Sequence record: PQ871103.1
Reading direction: 5' to 3' (one strand)
Length of the DNA stretch: 64,000 nt
Source: Escherichia phage vB_Eco_ZCEC15
Shown piece after piece: positions 27,882-38,301 of the stretch. A model generated the notes under the pieces. The model was given only the letters and a program-made list of their open reading frames with translations. It was not told where the DNA came from and ran no database searches. How positions within the stretch are numbered: position 1 is the stretch's first letter; every line of letters begins with the position of its first letter. A program made the translations under genes and the position numbers.

Positions 27882-28562
27882 TTATTTTAATGTTACGAAA
27901 GAAGAATTGCGTGTTTCACGAATTAGAACTGATCCGTCACGATTAATGTAGTAAATTAAGCTAAATAAAGTTTGATGCGCAGACGCATGTTCAAAACTGG
28001 TTGGGCGAGATTTCCAATCTGGAGTTTCAGCAATCCATTGGTAAATCCACCAAGGAACAGTGCAGAATCCTGGATTTTTTCCAATCAGCTGAAGATTCGG
28101 ACTAAAGTTTTCCGGAAGAGTAAATACAGACGGCTTTTCAGATTCAATAATCTCAGATACAGCCTGTTCAAATTTTTCTTCAACAAAAGGAGTATCTTCA
28201 ATCAAAACATCGGTATTTTCAGGAATTTTATCCGTTTCTACTACTTCAATTTTAATGTCAGATTTAACCGGAGAATCAATCAGAAGTGCTGCTTCTGGAT
28301 TGACTTCTTCATCGTCATATTTTAATCCCTCTGCAGCATCAGCAGCATCAATTAAGTCTTTAATAGATAACCCATCAGTCTCCGGCATAGGTTCACTAGC
28401 GAGCTTCTGGAGGGCTTCTTCAATATCAACAACGATATTATCAAAAGATTTATTCTTTTTGACCTTTATACCAAACTGTTCAGCGTATTCAGCTAATTTA
28501 GCTTTAGCTTCTTTATTATCATCAAGAGCCTTCAGCTCTGCAATATAATCTTTATCTATCAT
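27882..28562 (-). CDS. inh: inhibitor of prohead protease Inh
   Basis: 226 aa; position adjacent to hoc; acidic N-terminal half. Confidence 0.8.
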   Translation of the reverse strand: MIDKDYIAELKALDDNKEAKAKLAEYAEQFGIKVKKNKSFDNIVVDIEEALQKLASEPMPETDGLSIKDLIDAADAAEGLKYDDEEVNPEAALLIDSPVKSDIKIEVVETDKIPENTDVLIEDTPFVEEKFEQAVSEIIESEKPSVFTLPENFSPNLQLIGKNPGFCTVPWWIYQWIAETPDWKSRPTSFEHASAHQTLFSLIYYINRDGSVLIRETRNSSFVTLK

Positions 28563-28575
28563 AATATTTCCTCAG

Positions 28576-28583
28576 TATAAATA
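28576..28583 (+). promoter_or_regulatory. late promoter TATAAATA for segE
   Basis: Exact TATAAATA 29 nt upstream of segE ATG. Confidence 0.65.
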
Positions 28584-28611
28584 TAGATATATTTATTACT
28601 CGGAAAATAGT

Positions 28612-29229
28612 ATGTACCACTTTGTATATGAAACAACAAATCTAATAAATGGTAAAAAGTATATAGGAAAACACTCTACTGATGACTTGAATGATGGTTA
28701 CCTTGGTTCCGGTAAGGCAATTCAGCAGGCTATAAAGAAATATGGTGAAAACAATTTCTCTAGAACAATACTAAAAGAGTTTAAAACTTCCGAAGAAGCG
28801 TACATGTATGAAGAAGAAATTATAACTCCTGAACTAATAAAAAGCAAAAATTATTATAATATGAAACCTGGTGGAATTGGTGGAATTGTTATGACTACAG
28901 AGGTTATAGCAAAGATGAAAGAATCTTCCGCTAAAAGATTTGAAAACTCACCAGGCACGGTATTAGGTAAAACTTGTTACACTAATGGAACTAAAAATAT
29001 TTTTATTAAACCTGGAGAACTTGTTCCAGAAGGATTTGTAAAAGGGATGGTTCATCCTAATAGAAAGTCCAGAAAAGGATGTAAAGTCAAACCGACTACC
29101 ACAGGAACTTTTTGGGTCAATAATGGCGCAATAAATAAATTAATACAACCAGACGGTATTATTCCCGACGGATTTATTAAAGGTCGTCTCATGAAAAGAG
29201 ATTCTAAAGGCAAATTTAGTAAGGCATAA
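28612..29229 (+). CDS. segE: GIY-YIG homing endonuclease SegE
   Basis: 205 aa; N-terminus YHFVYETTNLINGKKYIGKHS is a GIY-YIG-type motif; located between inh and uvsW as T4 segE; own TATAAATA upstream. Confidence 0.88.
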   Translation: MYHFVYETTNLINGKKYIGKHSTDDLNDGYLGSGKAIQQAIKKYGENNFSRTILKEFKTSEEAYMYEEEIITPELIKSKNYYNMKPGGIGGIVMTTEVIAKMKESSAKRFENSPGTVLGKTCYTNGTKNIFIKPGELVPEGFVKGMVHPNRKSRKGCKVKPTTTGTFWVNNGAINKLIQPDGIIPDGFIKGRLMKRDSKGKFSKA

Positions 29230-29231
29230 TT

Positions 29232-30740
29232 ATGGATATTAAAGTACATTTTCACGACTTCAGTCATGTACGCATCGATTGTGAAGAGAGCACGTTCCAC
29301 GAATTAAGAGATTTCTTTTCGTTTGAAGCTGATGGGTATAGATTTAACCCTCGCTTCAGATATGGCAACTGGGATGGACGAATCCGTCTTTTAGATTATA
29401 ATCGACTTCTTCCATTCGGCTTAGTCGGGCAAATTAAAAAGTTCTGTGATAACTTTGGCTATAAAGCCTGGATTGATCCACAAATTAACGAAAAAGAAGA
29501 ATTATCAAGAAAAGATTTTGATGAATGGCTTTCTAAATTAGAAATCTATTCAGGAAATAAAAGAATTGAACCACACTGGTATCAAAAAGATGCAGTGTTC
29601 GAAGGATTAGTTAATCGTCGTAGAATTCTTAATCTTCCAACATCCGCAGGTAAATCTTTAATTCAAGCTTTGCTTGCTCGGTATTATTTGGAAAATTATG
29701 AAGGTAAAATTCTTATCATTGTTCCAACAACTGCTCTGACAACTCAGATGGCTGATGACTTTGTTGACTATCGTTTATTCAGTCATGCAATGATAAAGAA
29801 AATCGGCGGTGGAGCATCAAAAGATGATAAATATAAAAATGATGCACCGGTCGTTGTTGGTACATGGCAAACTGTAGTAAAACAACCAAAAGAATGGTTC
29901 TCACAGTTTGGAATGATGATGAATGATGAATGCCATCTTGCTACAGGAAAAAGTATTTCATCTATCATATCAGGTTTAAATAACTGTATGTTTAAATTTG
30001 GTTTGTCTGGTTCATTGCGCGATGGCAAAGCCAATATCATGCAGTATGTTGGAATGTTTGGTGAAATATTTAAGCCAGTAACGACTTCTAAATTAATGGA
30101 AGATGGACAAGTAACTGAGTTAAAAATTAATAGTATTTTTCTTCGCTATCCCGATGAGTTCACTACTAAATTAAAGGGAAAAACTTACCAAGAAGAAATA
30201 AAAATTATTACTGGGCTCAGTAAAAGAAATAAATGGATCGCTAAATTAGCTATTAAGCTTGCGCAAAAAGATGAAAACGCTTTTGTCATGTTTAAACACG
30301 TATCACATGGTAAAGCTATTTTCGATTTAATTAAAAATGAATACGATAAAGTTTATTACGTATCAGGGGAAGTTGATACCGAAACCCGCAATGTAATGAA
30401 AACCTTAGCTGAAAATGGTAAAGGAATAATTATAGTAGCTAGTTATGGTGTATTTTCTACTGGTATTTCAGTTAAAAATCTACATCACGTTGTTTTAGCG
30501 CACGGTGTTAAATCAAAAATCATTGTATTACAAACAATCGGTCGTGTATTACGTAAGCATGGTTCTAAGACAATAGCAACAGTCTGGGACCTCATAGATG
30601 ATTGCGGTGTTAAGCCAAAATCTGCTAATACGAAAAAGAAATACGTTCATTTGAACTATCTTTTAAAACACGGCATTGATCGTATTCAGCGCTACGCAGA
30701 TGAAAAATTTAATTACGTAATGAAAACAGTTAATTTATAA
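29232..30740 (+). CDS. uvsW: UvsW DNA/RNA helicase
   Basis: 502 aa; helicase motifs (PTSAGKS Walker A, DECH box); synteny. Confidence 0.93.
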   Translation: MDIKVHFHDFSHVRIDCEESTFHELRDFFSFEADGYRFNPRFRYGNWDGRIRLLDYNRLLPFGLVGQIKKFCDNFGYKAWIDPQINEKEELSRKDFDEWLSKLEIYSGNKRIEPHWYQKDAVFEGLVNRRRILNLPTSAGKSLIQALLARYYLENYEGKILIIVPTTALTTQMADDFVDYRLFSHAMIKKIGGGASKDDKYKNDAPVVVGTWQTVVKQPKEWFSQFGMMMNDECHLATGKSISSIISGLNNCMFKFGLSGSLRDGKANIMQYVGMFGEIFKPVTTSKLMEDGQVTELKINSIFLRYPDEFTTKLKGKTYQEEIKIITGLSKRNKWIAKLAIKLAQKDENAFVMFKHVSHGKAIFDLIKNEYDKVYYVSGEVDTETRNVMKTLAENGKGIIIVASYGVFSTGISVKNLHHVVLAHGVKSKIIVLQTIGRVLRKHGSKTIATVWDLIDDCGVKPKSANTKKKYVHLNYLLKHGIDRIQRYADEKFNYVMKTVNL

Positions 30741-30752
30741 GGGCTTCGGCCC
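30741..30752 (+). terminator. GGGC-UUCG-GCCC hairpin after uvsW
   Basis: 4-bp GC stem with UUCG loop right after uvsW stop. Confidence 0.5.
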
Positions 30753-30765
30753 TTTGGAGAAAAAG

Positions 30766-30996
30766 ATGTTACTAGAATTTAAACAATTTCTTTATGAAGC
30801 TTCTATTGATGAATTTATGGGTAAAATTGCCTCTTGTCAAACAATAGAAGGTCTAGAAGAACTTGAAGCTTATTATAAGAAAAGAGTTAAAGAAACTGAA
30901 TTAAAAGATACTGATGACATCTCTGTGAGAGATGCTTTGGCAGGAAAAAGAGCTGAATTAGAAGATTCAGACGATGAAGTAGAAGAAAGCTTTTAA
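30766..30996 (+). CDS. uvsW.1: UvsW.1 accessory protein
   Basis: ATG at 30766 gives 76 aa starting MLLEFKQFLYEASIDEF; track ORF starts slightly upstream. Confidence 0.8.
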   Translation: MLLEFKQFLYEASIDEFMGKIASCQTIEGLEELEAYYKKRVKETELKDTDDISVRDALAGKRAELEDSDDEVEESF

Positions 30997-31051
30997 ATTA
31001 AAAAAGGCCCAACCAAAAAGGAAGGGCCAAAACTATAGACTAAAGGTCACA

Positions 31052-31219
31052 CTATAGCAAAAGTTGTGTTTCATTTAATTGTTCTTCCGAACTTTCTGAA
31101 ACTGGTAGTTCTTTAATGTAATTATAACAAGGCCCAGGATGTACAGGACCTTTGTCTGTTTCAACAACCAATGCAGAATCGATTGGAGTTTTACAGACAA
31201 CGCAAATCTTATCTGACAT
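31052..31219 (-). CDS. small Cys-containing protein (position of T4 uvsY.-1), 55 aa
   Basis: Not in the supplied track (below size cutoff); translated by hand from minus strand: MSDKICVVCKTPIDSALVVETDKGPVHPGPCYNYIKELPVSESSEEQLNETQLLL; co-oriented downstream of uvsY. Confidence 0.55.
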   Translation of the reverse strand: MSDKICVVCKTPIDSALVVETDKGPVHPGPCYNYIKELPVSESSEEQLNETQLLL

Positions 31220-31247
31220 GATTGTCTCCTCTAAATTATATATCTAT

Positions 31248-31472
31248 TTATATAACTCTCATATGCATATCAATGCCCATATCTTTAGAATAAAAATATT
31301 CATCAAGATATCCGGCAAATTTTCCTTTAACATAAAGTACATCTTCACCACATGGATGGTCGGCCAGGATACGAATATCCTGACGCTTGAGATTATACTT
31401 TTTCATTAAGAATTGAATTTCCGTTTCGAATTCTTCTTCATAATTAAAAGCATCATCAATGCTATATTTCAT
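31248..31472 (-). CDS. hypothetical protein (position of T4 uvsY.-2)
   Basis: 74 aa; start overlaps uvsY stop (ATGA). Confidence 0.65.
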   Translation of the reverse strand: MKYSIDDAFNYEEEFETEIQFLMKKYNLKRQDIRILADHPCGEDVLYVKGKFAGYLDEYFYSKDMGIDMHMRVI

Positions 31473-31885
31473 TATTTTCCAGCCTCAAATGCTCGCATGT
31501 CTTGAATATGCTTAATAGCAAATCCGCGTGATTTAATAGCATCAAGAGCTCCGCTACAGAAATCCAATAAAATTCCCCAATACTGCAATGAAGTATCAAC
31601 TTTTAAAACATCCTTATCAGCTGATAGAACTGTCTTCATTTCTGATTTCTCATAACGGTCCATACTAAATTCATCACCATCTCCTCGTCCCGAGTAGTAG
31701 TCTAATTTAGCTTTAAGAGCAACTTTTTTCTGTGCTTCAATTCTAAGCATTTCCTTTTTAATACTTGAATGCTTATTGAGCCATTTACTATATAACATCA
31801 CATTATTAGCTGCTTCATACTGTAATTTAGTCGAATCTATAAACACATCTTTCTTCAATTCTTCTTGAAGATCTTCTAATTTCAT
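31472..31885 (-). CDS. uvsY: recombination mediator protein UvsY
   Basis: 137 aa, same as T4 UvsY; MotA-box middle promoter immediately upstream. Confidence 0.92.
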   Translation of the reverse strand: MKLEDLQEELKKDVFIDSTKLQYEAANNVMLYSKWLNKHSSIKKEMLRIEAQKKVALKAKLDYYSGRGDGDEFSMDRYEKSEMKTVLSADKDVLKVDTSLQYWGILLDFCSGALDAIKSRGFAIKHIQDMRAFEAGK

Positions 31886-31925
31886 ATTGTTCTCTATTCA
31901 ATTGTTATTGGATGGACTTAGATTC

Positions 31926-31951
31926 ATTATACCACGTTTATACGTGAAGCA
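31926..31951 (-). promoter_or_regulatory. MotA-dependent middle promoter for uvsY
   Basis: Minus strand AATGCTTCA (MotA box) - 13 nt - TATAAT, about 40 nt upstream of uvsY ATG. Confidence 0.7.
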
Positions 31952-32350
31952 TTATACTCTGTTACTGGAAGCCAGTTGTAGTTTTATCTGCTCAATATCA
32001 TCAGGGTTATCGATGACTGAAAAGCGTATTTCTACTATCAGAGTATAATCATCATAAACCGGTATTACATTAACTGCTAATTTATCAATACGTGGCTCGT
32101 AGTTTCTTACTGCGCTTTCAATGTTACGCTCAACAGTATCAGCAGTAAGAGGAGTCATATTCTCAAAAAGCTGATCAGATAAATCGCATCCAAATTCTGG
32201 GTCAAATGGCCTTGACCCTTTCCTGGTTGTAATAATTCCTAAAAGGCTATTTTTAATTGACCTTAATCCAAGGGATCTAGAAACATCTTTATCCCAATCC
32301 ATTTTCATTTCTGGGTCAATGTCAGAATAAAGCTTATTAATATTTGCCAT
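31952..32350 (-). CDS. 25: baseplate wedge protein gp25
   Basis: 132 aa, same as T4 gp25; synteny 26-25 then uvsY. Confidence 0.92.
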   Translation of the reverse strand: MANINKLYSDIDPEMKMDWDKDVSRSLGLRSIKNSLLGIITTRKGSRPFDPEFGCDLSDQLFENMTPLTADTVERNIESAVRNYEPRIDKLAVNVIPVYDDYTLIVEIRFSVIDNPDDIEQIKLQLASSNRV

Positions 32351-32976
32351 TACAATAGCTCAAAGAATTCTTTGAGTCCTCTTATTACATGAGCGTGAGT
32401 TTTTCCACACTCTGGACACTTAATTGGAACAGCCAAATAAACAGTAGGCTTTAAAAGCATATCTTTTATAGCTACAATATCTGACTCTGTGATGATAGAA
32501 TATAAATCTTCCAGTTCTTTTTCATTTAAGTCTTCAACTGGAATGCTTTCACCGTTAGCATGAATCGTTTCTATACATGATACTATCATGTGGGCTATAT
32601 TTTTATCATCAAAAATTTTAGGGTAATGGAACTTAATTTTAATGTCACCCAGTGTATACCAGAGGTCTTCTGGTGCATCTATTTGTGTATGTAATAGATT
32701 TATATGGGTTGGTATTTCAGTTCCACAGGTGCACTTCCAGGAGTTTTCATGATTAACTTCTCCAAGAGAATGCGCCCATAAATGAATCAGCAGTAGTTCT
32801 GATTCTTGACGGTTTAAATCTTTTGCATTTGTGCATTCTTTAATTAGCTTTTTAACGATCTCTTCTACTGAACCGTTCTTTTTAGCAGTAATAAGTTCTA
32901 GATATTCTTTAAGAGTAAATGCGCGACAGTTGATTATTTTAGAACCAACTCTCACATCAAATTTGTATTCATACAT
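32350..32976 (-). CDS. 26: baseplate hub assembly protein gp26
   Basis: 208 aa, same as T4 gp26; divergent from gene 51 across a palindromic late promoter. Confidence 0.9.
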   Translation of the reverse strand: MYEYKFDVRVGSKIINCRAFTLKEYLELITAKKNGSVEEIVKKLIKECTNAKDLNRQESELLLIHLWAHSLGEVNHENSWKCTCGTEIPTHINLLHTQIDAPEDLWYTLGDIKIKFHYPKIFDDKNIAHMIVSCIETIHANGESIPVEDLNEKELEDLYSIITESDIVAIKDMLLKPTVYLAVPIKCPECGKTHAHVIRGLKEFFELL

Positions 32977-32997
32977 ATTTAGCTCCTTTATTTATCA

Positions 32998-33009
32998 TAT
33001 TTATAAATA
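32998..33009. promoter_or_regulatory. palindromic divergent late promoters for gene 26 (-) and gene 51 (+)
   Basis: TATTTATAAATA is its own reverse complement and contains TATAAATA on both strands. Confidence 0.7.
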
Positions 33010-33026
33010 GAATAAAAGGAGCATCT

Positions 33027-33779
33027 ATGGCAAACATTATTCGCTGTAAATTACCAGATGGTGTTCATCGTTTTAAACCATTTACGGTAGAAGATTATCG
33101 AGATTTTTTGTTAGTTCGAAACGATATAGAACATCGGTCACCACAAGAACAAAAAGAAATAATTGCTGATTTAATTGCTGATTATTTTGGAGACTATCCA
33201 AAGACTTGGCAGCCATTTATATTTTTGCAGGTATTTGTAGGGTCAATAGGTAAAACTAAAGTACCGGTCACATTTGTATGTCCAAAATGCAAAAAAGAAA
33301 AGACAGTTCCATTTGAAATATATCAAAAAGAATTAAAGGAACCTGTTTTTGATGTAGCTAATGTTAAAATTAAATTAAAGTTTCCTTCTGAGTTTTATGA
33401 AAATAAAGCAAAGATGATTACTGAAAATATTCATTCCGTTCAAGTAGATGAAATGTGGTATGATTGGAAGGAAATTAGCGAATCGAGTCAAATAGAACTT
33501 GTTGATGCCATCGAGATAGAAACATTAGAAAAAATTCTCGATGCAATGAATCCTATTAATTTAACACTGCATATGTCGTGTTGTAATAAGTATGTAAAAA
33601 AATACACTGATATAGTAGATGTGTTTAAGCTATTAGTTAATCCAGATGAGATATTTACTTTTTATCAAATTAATCACACACTTGTAAAAAGTAATTATAG
33701 CTTAAATTCAATAATGAAAATGATTCCTGCTGAGCGCGGATTCGTATTAAAACTGATTGAGAAGGATAAACAACAATGA
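33027..33779 (+). CDS. 51: baseplate hub assembly catalyst gp51
   Basis: 250 aa (T4 gp51 249 aa); synteny. Confidence 0.9.
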   Translation: MANIIRCKLPDGVHRFKPFTVEDYRDFLLVRNDIEHRSPQEQKEIIADLIADYFGDYPKTWQPFIFLQVFVGSIGKTKVPVTFVCPKCKKEKTVPFEIYQKELKEPVFDVANVKIKLKFPSEFYENKAKMITENIHSVQVDEMWYDWKEISESSQIELVDAIEIETLEKILDAMNPINLTLHMSCCNKYVKKYTDIVDVFKLLVNPDEIFTFYQINHTLVKSNYSLNSIMKMIPAERGFVLKLIEKDKQQ

Positions 33780-34951
33780 GTATGTTGCAACGCCCCGGAT
33801 ATCCAAATCTCAGCGTTAAATTATTTGAGAGTTATGACGCTTGGAGTAATAATAGATTTGTTGAATTAGCTGCTACTATTACCACATTAACTATGCGGGA
33901 TTCTCTTTATGGTCGAAATGAAGGAATGCTGCAGTTTTATGATTCTAAAAATATCCATACAAAAATGGATGGAAATGAAATAATTCAGATTTCTGTAGCT
34001 AATGCAAACGATATTAATAATGTTAAAACACGAATTTATGGGTGTAAGCACTTTTCCGTATCGGTAGATTCAAAGGGTGATAACATCATTGCTATTGAAT
34101 TGGGAACTATTCATTCTATAGAAAATCTTAAATTTGGCAGACCGTTTTTCTCTGATGCAGGTGAATCTATAAAGGAAATGCTTGGTGTCATTTATCAGGA
34201 TCGCACGTTATTAACTCCAGCAATAAATGCTATAAATGCTTATGTTCCTGATATTCCATGGACTAGCACATTTGAAAACTATTTGTCGTATGTCAGAGAA
34301 GTTGCTCTAGCTGTAGGAAGTGACAAATTTGTATTTGTATGGCAAGACATCATGGGAGTTAACATGATGGACTATGATATGATGATAAATCAAGAACCAT
34401 ATCCAATGATTGTCGGTGAGCCATCTTTAATAGGTCAATTCATCCAAGAATTAAAATATCCATTAGCATATGATTTCGTTTGGTTGACTAAATCGAATCC
34501 TCATAAACGCGACCCAATGAAAAATGCTACTATCTATGCTCATTCATTTTTAGATTCTTCATTGCCAATGATTACTACAGGAAAGGGCGAAAACTCTATT
34601 GTAGTGTCAAGGTCAGGTGCTTATTCTGAAATGACTTATAGGAATGGATATGAAGAAGCTATTCGTCTTCAAACTATGGCGCAATATGATGGCTATGCTA
34701 AATGTTCTACTGTCGGTAATTTTAACTTGACTCCTGGTGTTAAAATTATTTTTAATGATAGTAAAAACCAATTTAAAACAGAATTTTACGTTGATGAAGT
34801 TATCCATGAATTATCAAATAATAATTCAGTAACTCATCTATATATGTTCACTAATGCAACGAAACTGGAAACAATAGACCCAGTTAAGGTTAAAAATGAA
34901 TTTAAATCTGATACTACCACTGAAGAAAGTAGTTCTTCCAATAAGCAATAA
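33776..34951 (+). CDS. 27: baseplate hub protein gp27
   Basis: 391 aa, same as T4 gp27; synteny. Confidence 0.93.
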   Translation: MSMLQRPGYPNLSVKLFESYDAWSNNRFVELAATITTLTMRDSLYGRNEGMLQFYDSKNIHTKMDGNEIIQISVANANDINNVKTRIYGCKHFSVSVDSKGDNIIAIELGTIHSIENLKFGRPFFSDAGESIKEMLGVIYQDRTLLTPAINAINAYVPDIPWTSTFENYLSYVREVALAVGSDKFVFVWQDIMGVNMMDYDMMINQEPYPMIVGEPSLIGQFIQELKYPLAYDFVWLTKSNPHKRDPMKNATIYAHSFLDSSLPMITTGKGENSIVVSRSGAYSEMTYRNGYEEAIRLQTMAQYDGYAKCSTVGNFNLTPGVKIIFNDSKNQFKTEFYVDEVIHELSNNNSVTHLYMFTNATKLETIDPVKVKNEFKSDTTTEESSSSNKQ

Positions 34952-35429
34952 AGAAGTTTCTATTCCTAAAATGGGTCTTAAACATTATAACATTTTAAAA
35001 GATGTTAAAGGTCCTGATGAAAATTTAAAACTTTTGATCGATTCTATTTGTCCGAATTTATCACCAGCAGAAGTTGATTTCGTTTCCATTCATTTATTGG
35101 AATTTAATGGAAAGATTAAATCTCGTAAAGAAATAGATTGTTATACTTATGACATAAATGACGTTTATGTATGCCAAAGATTAGAATTTCAATACCGAGG
35201 AAATACATTTTATTTTAGACCTCCTGGAAAATTTGAGCAATTTTTGACAGTAAGCGATATGTTATCTAAATGCTTGCTTAAGGTCAATGATGAAGTTAAA
35301 GAAATTAATTTTCTTGAGATGCCAGCATTTGTATTAAAATGGGCAAATGATATTTCTACAACTTTAGCAATTCCTGGCCCTAATGGTCCAATAACTGGAA
35401 TTGGCAATATTATTGGATTATTTGAATGA
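34896..35429 (+). CDS. 28: baseplate hub distal protein gp28
   Basis: 177 aa, same as T4 gp28; overlaps 3' end of gene 27. Confidence 0.88.
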   Translation: MNLNLILPLKKVVLPISNKEVSIPKMGLKHYNILKDVKGPDENLKLLIDSICPNLSPAEVDFVSIHLLEFNGKIKSRKEIDCYTYDINDVYVCQRLEFQYRGNTFYFRPPGKFEQFLTVSDMLSKCLLKVNDEVKEINFLEMPAFVLKWANDISTTLAIPGPNGPITGIGNIIGLFE

Positions 35430-37198
35430 AAAAGCCACAAGAAATGCAAACGATGCGTAGAAAAGTTATTTCAGATAATAAACCAGTTCAGGAAGCGGCT
35501 AAATCCGCTTCTAACACTTTATCTGGGCTTAATGACATTTCTACAAAATTGGATGATGCTCAAGCTGCTTCTGAATTAATAGCTCAAACCGTTGAAGAAA
35601 AATCGAATGAAATAATTAGAGCAATTGACAATGTAGAAAGCGCAGTGAGTGATACTACTGCTGGTTCTGAGTTAATTGCTGAAACTGTAGAAATTGGCAA
35701 CAATATTAATAAAGAAATCGGTGAATCACTCGGAAGTAAATTAGATAAATTAACGAGTTTACTAGAACAAAAAATTCAAACAGCTGGAATTCAACAGACA
35801 GGAACCAGCTTAGCTGTAGTCGAAAGTGCTATTCCCGTTAAAGTTGTCGAGGATGATACAGCTGAATTTGTTGGTCCATTATTACCAGCTCCTGAAGCAG
35901 TTAATAATGATCCTGACGCTGATTTTTTCCCTGCCCCTCAACCAGTTGAACCTAAGCGAGAGTCACCGGAAGAAAAACAGAAAAAAGAAGCATTTAATTT
36001 AAAATTATCTCAAGCTTTAGATAAATTAACAAAGACTGTTGATTTTGGATTTAAAAAATCCATTTCAATTACTGATAAAATATCAAGCATGCTATTTAAG
36101 TATACTGTCAGTGCTGCTATTGAAGCTGCTAAAATGGTTGCATTAATAATGGCTGTTGTTATTGGAATAGACCTACTGATGGTTCATTTTAAATATTGGT
36201 CAGATAAATTTTCAAAAGCCTGGGATTTGTTTAGCACTGATTTTAAAACTTTTTCAAGCGAAACCGGAACTTGGGGTCCTTTATTACAGAGCATCTTTGA
36301 ATCTATTGATGAAATTAAAAAGTTCTGGGAAGCGGGAGATTGGGGCGGTTTGACGGTAGCTATTGTAGAAGGGCTTGGAAAGGTTCTTTATAATTTAGGA
36401 GAACTTATTCAGCTTGGAATGGCTAAATTATCAGCAGCAATTCTTCGAGTTATTCCTGGTATGAAAGATACTGCTGACGAAGTAGAAGGAAGAGCACTGG
36501 AAAATTTCCAAAATTCTACTGGAGCATCTCTCAATAAAGAAGACCAGGAAAAAGTTGCGAATTATCAAGATAAACGAATGAATGGAGACCTTGGTCCGAT
36601 AGCAGAAGGACTAGACAAAATTGCGAACTGGAAAACCCGTGCATCTAACTGGATTCGTGGTGTTGATAATAAAGAAGCATTGACAACTGATGAAGAACGC
36701 GCAGCAGAAGAAGAAAAATTAAAGCAACTTTCACCAGAAGAAAGAAAAAATGCTTTAATGAAGGCTAATGAAGCCCGTGCCGCGATGATTCGTTTTGAAA
36801 AATATGCTGATTCAGCTGATATGAGTAAAGACTCAACGGTTAAATCAGTTGAAGCTGCCTATGAAGACCTTAAAAAACGGATGGATGACCCGGATTTAAA
36901 TAATTCACCGGCAGTTAAAAAAGAACTTGCTGCTAGATTTTCTAAAATTGATGCTACTTATCAAGAGCTCAAGAAAAATCAGCCTAATGCCAAACCTGAA
37001 ACTTCTGCTAAATCGCCAGAAGCAAAACAAGTCCAGGTAATAGAAAAGAACAAAGCACAGCAAGCTCCTGTTCAACAAGCATCTCCTTCAATCAATAATA
37101 CTAATAATGTTATTAAGAAAAATACTGTCGTTCATAATATGACACCCGTAACGAGCACAACTGCTCCTGGTGTATTTGGCGCGACTGGAGTTAATTAA
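35426..37198 (+). CDS. 29: tail tape measure / baseplate hub protein gp29
   Basis: 590 aa, same as T4 gp29; ATGA overlap with 28. Confidence 0.92.
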   Translation: MKKPQEMQTMRRKVISDNKPVQEAAKSASNTLSGLNDISTKLDDAQAASELIAQTVEEKSNEIIRAIDNVESAVSDTTAGSELIAETVEIGNNINKEIGESLGSKLDKLTSLLEQKIQTAGIQQTGTSLAVVESAIPVKVVEDDTAEFVGPLLPAPEAVNNDPDADFFPAPQPVEPKRESPEEKQKKEAFNLKLSQALDKLTKTVDFGFKKSISITDKISSMLFKYTVSAAIEAAKMVALIMAVVIGIDLLMVHFKYWSDKFSKAWDLFSTDFKTFSSETGTWGPLLQSIFESIDEIKKFWEAGDWGGLTVAIVEGLGKVLYNLGELIQLGMAKLSAAILRVIPGMKDTADEVEGRALENFQNSTGASLNKEDQEKVANYQDKRMNGDLGPIAEGLDKIANWKTRASNWIRGVDNKEALTTDEERAAEEEKLKQLSPEERKNALMKANEARAAMIRFEKYADSADMSKDSTVKSVEAAYEDLKKRMDDPDLNNSPAVKKELAARFSKIDATYQELKKNQPNAKPETSAKSPEAKQVQVIEKNKAQQAPVQQASPSINNTNNVIKKNTVVHNMTPVTSTTAPGVFGATGVN

Positions 37199-37206
37199 GG
37201 AATAAT

Positions 37207-38301
37207 ATGGCAATTGTTAAAGAAATAACTGCTGATTTAATCAAAAAGTCCGGTGAGAAAATTTCAGCCGGACAGAGTACTAAATCAGAAGTAGGAACTA
37301 AAACATACACAGCCCAGTTTCCAACTGGGCGTGCTAGTGGGAATGACACTACAGGGGACTTCCAGGTAACAGATCTATATAAGAATGGATTATTATTTAC
37401 TGCATACAATATGTCATCTAGGGATTCTGGAAGTCTCAGAACGATGAGATCTAACTACTCTTCTTCATCTTCTAGTATTTTACGTACAGCCAGAAACACT
37501 ATCAGTAATACAGTATCAAAGCTGTCAAATGGATTAATATCAGATAATAATTCAGGAACAATAAGTAAAGTTCCTGTTGCAAATATTCTTTTACCGAGAT
37601 CTAAATCCGATGTTGATACATCATCACATAGATTTAACGATGTTCAAGATAGTCTTATTACAAAAGGTGGAGGTACTGCTACTGGCGTGTTAAGCAATAT
37701 GGCTTCAACTGCAGTATTTGGAGCACTGGAAAGTATAACACAAGGTATAATGGCTGATAATAATGAACAGATTTATACGACAGCCAGAAGTATGTATGGT
37801 GGTGCTGAGAATAGAACTAAAGTGTTCACTTGGGATTTGACTCCGCGTTCCACAGAAGATTTAATGGCTATTATTAATATCTATCAATATTTTAACTATT
37901 TTTCTTACGGTGAAACGGGTAAATCTCAATATGCTGCTGAAATAAAAGGATATCTAGATGAGTGGTATCGCTCTACTTTTATTGAGCCATTAACTCCAGA
38001 AGATGCAGTTAAAAATAAGACGTTATTTGAGAAAATGACATCGAGTTTAACTAACGTTCTTGTAGTTTCAAACCCGACAATTTGGATGGTTAAAAACTTT
38101 GGCGCAACTTCTAAATTTGACGGAAAAACAGAAGTGTTTGGACCGTGTCAAATTCAAAGTATTAGATTTGATAAAACTCCGAATGGTAATTTTAACGGAT
38201 TAGCTATTGCTCCAAACCTCCCTAGTACATTTACTCTTGAGATTACTATGAGAGAAATTATCACGTTAAACCGTGCTTCTTTATATGCGGGGACTTTTTA
38301 A
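37207..38301 (+). CDS. 48: baseplate-tail tube junction protein gp48
   Basis: 364 aa, same as T4 gp48. Confidence 0.92.
   Translation: MAIVKEITADLIKKSGEKISAGQSTKSEVGTKTYTAQFPTGRASGNDTTGDFQVTDLYKNGLLFTAYNMSSRDSGSLRTMRSNYSSSSSSILRTARNTISNTVSKLSNGLISDNNSGTISKVPVANILLPRSKSDVDTSSHRFNDVQDSLITKGGGTATGVLSNMASTAVFGALESITQGIMADNNEQIYTTARSMYGGAENRTKVFTWDLTPRSTEDLMAIINIYQYFNYFSYGETGKSQYAAEIKGYLDEWYRSTFIEPLTPEDAVKNKTLFEKMTSSLTNVLVVSNPTIWMVKNFGATSKFDGKTEVFGPCQIQSIRFDKTPNGNFNGLAIAPNLPSTFTLEITMREIITLNRASLYAGTF

Noticed and set aside
27972-28548. Plus-strand ORFs 27972-28325 and 28255-28548
   Set aside because: Antisense to inh; no start context; neighbouring genes are co-oriented on the minus strand.
30996-31051. 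GGCCC...GGGCC inverted repeat after uvsW.1
   Set aside because: 5-bp stem with a 13-nt loop and no U-run; too weak to call a terminator.
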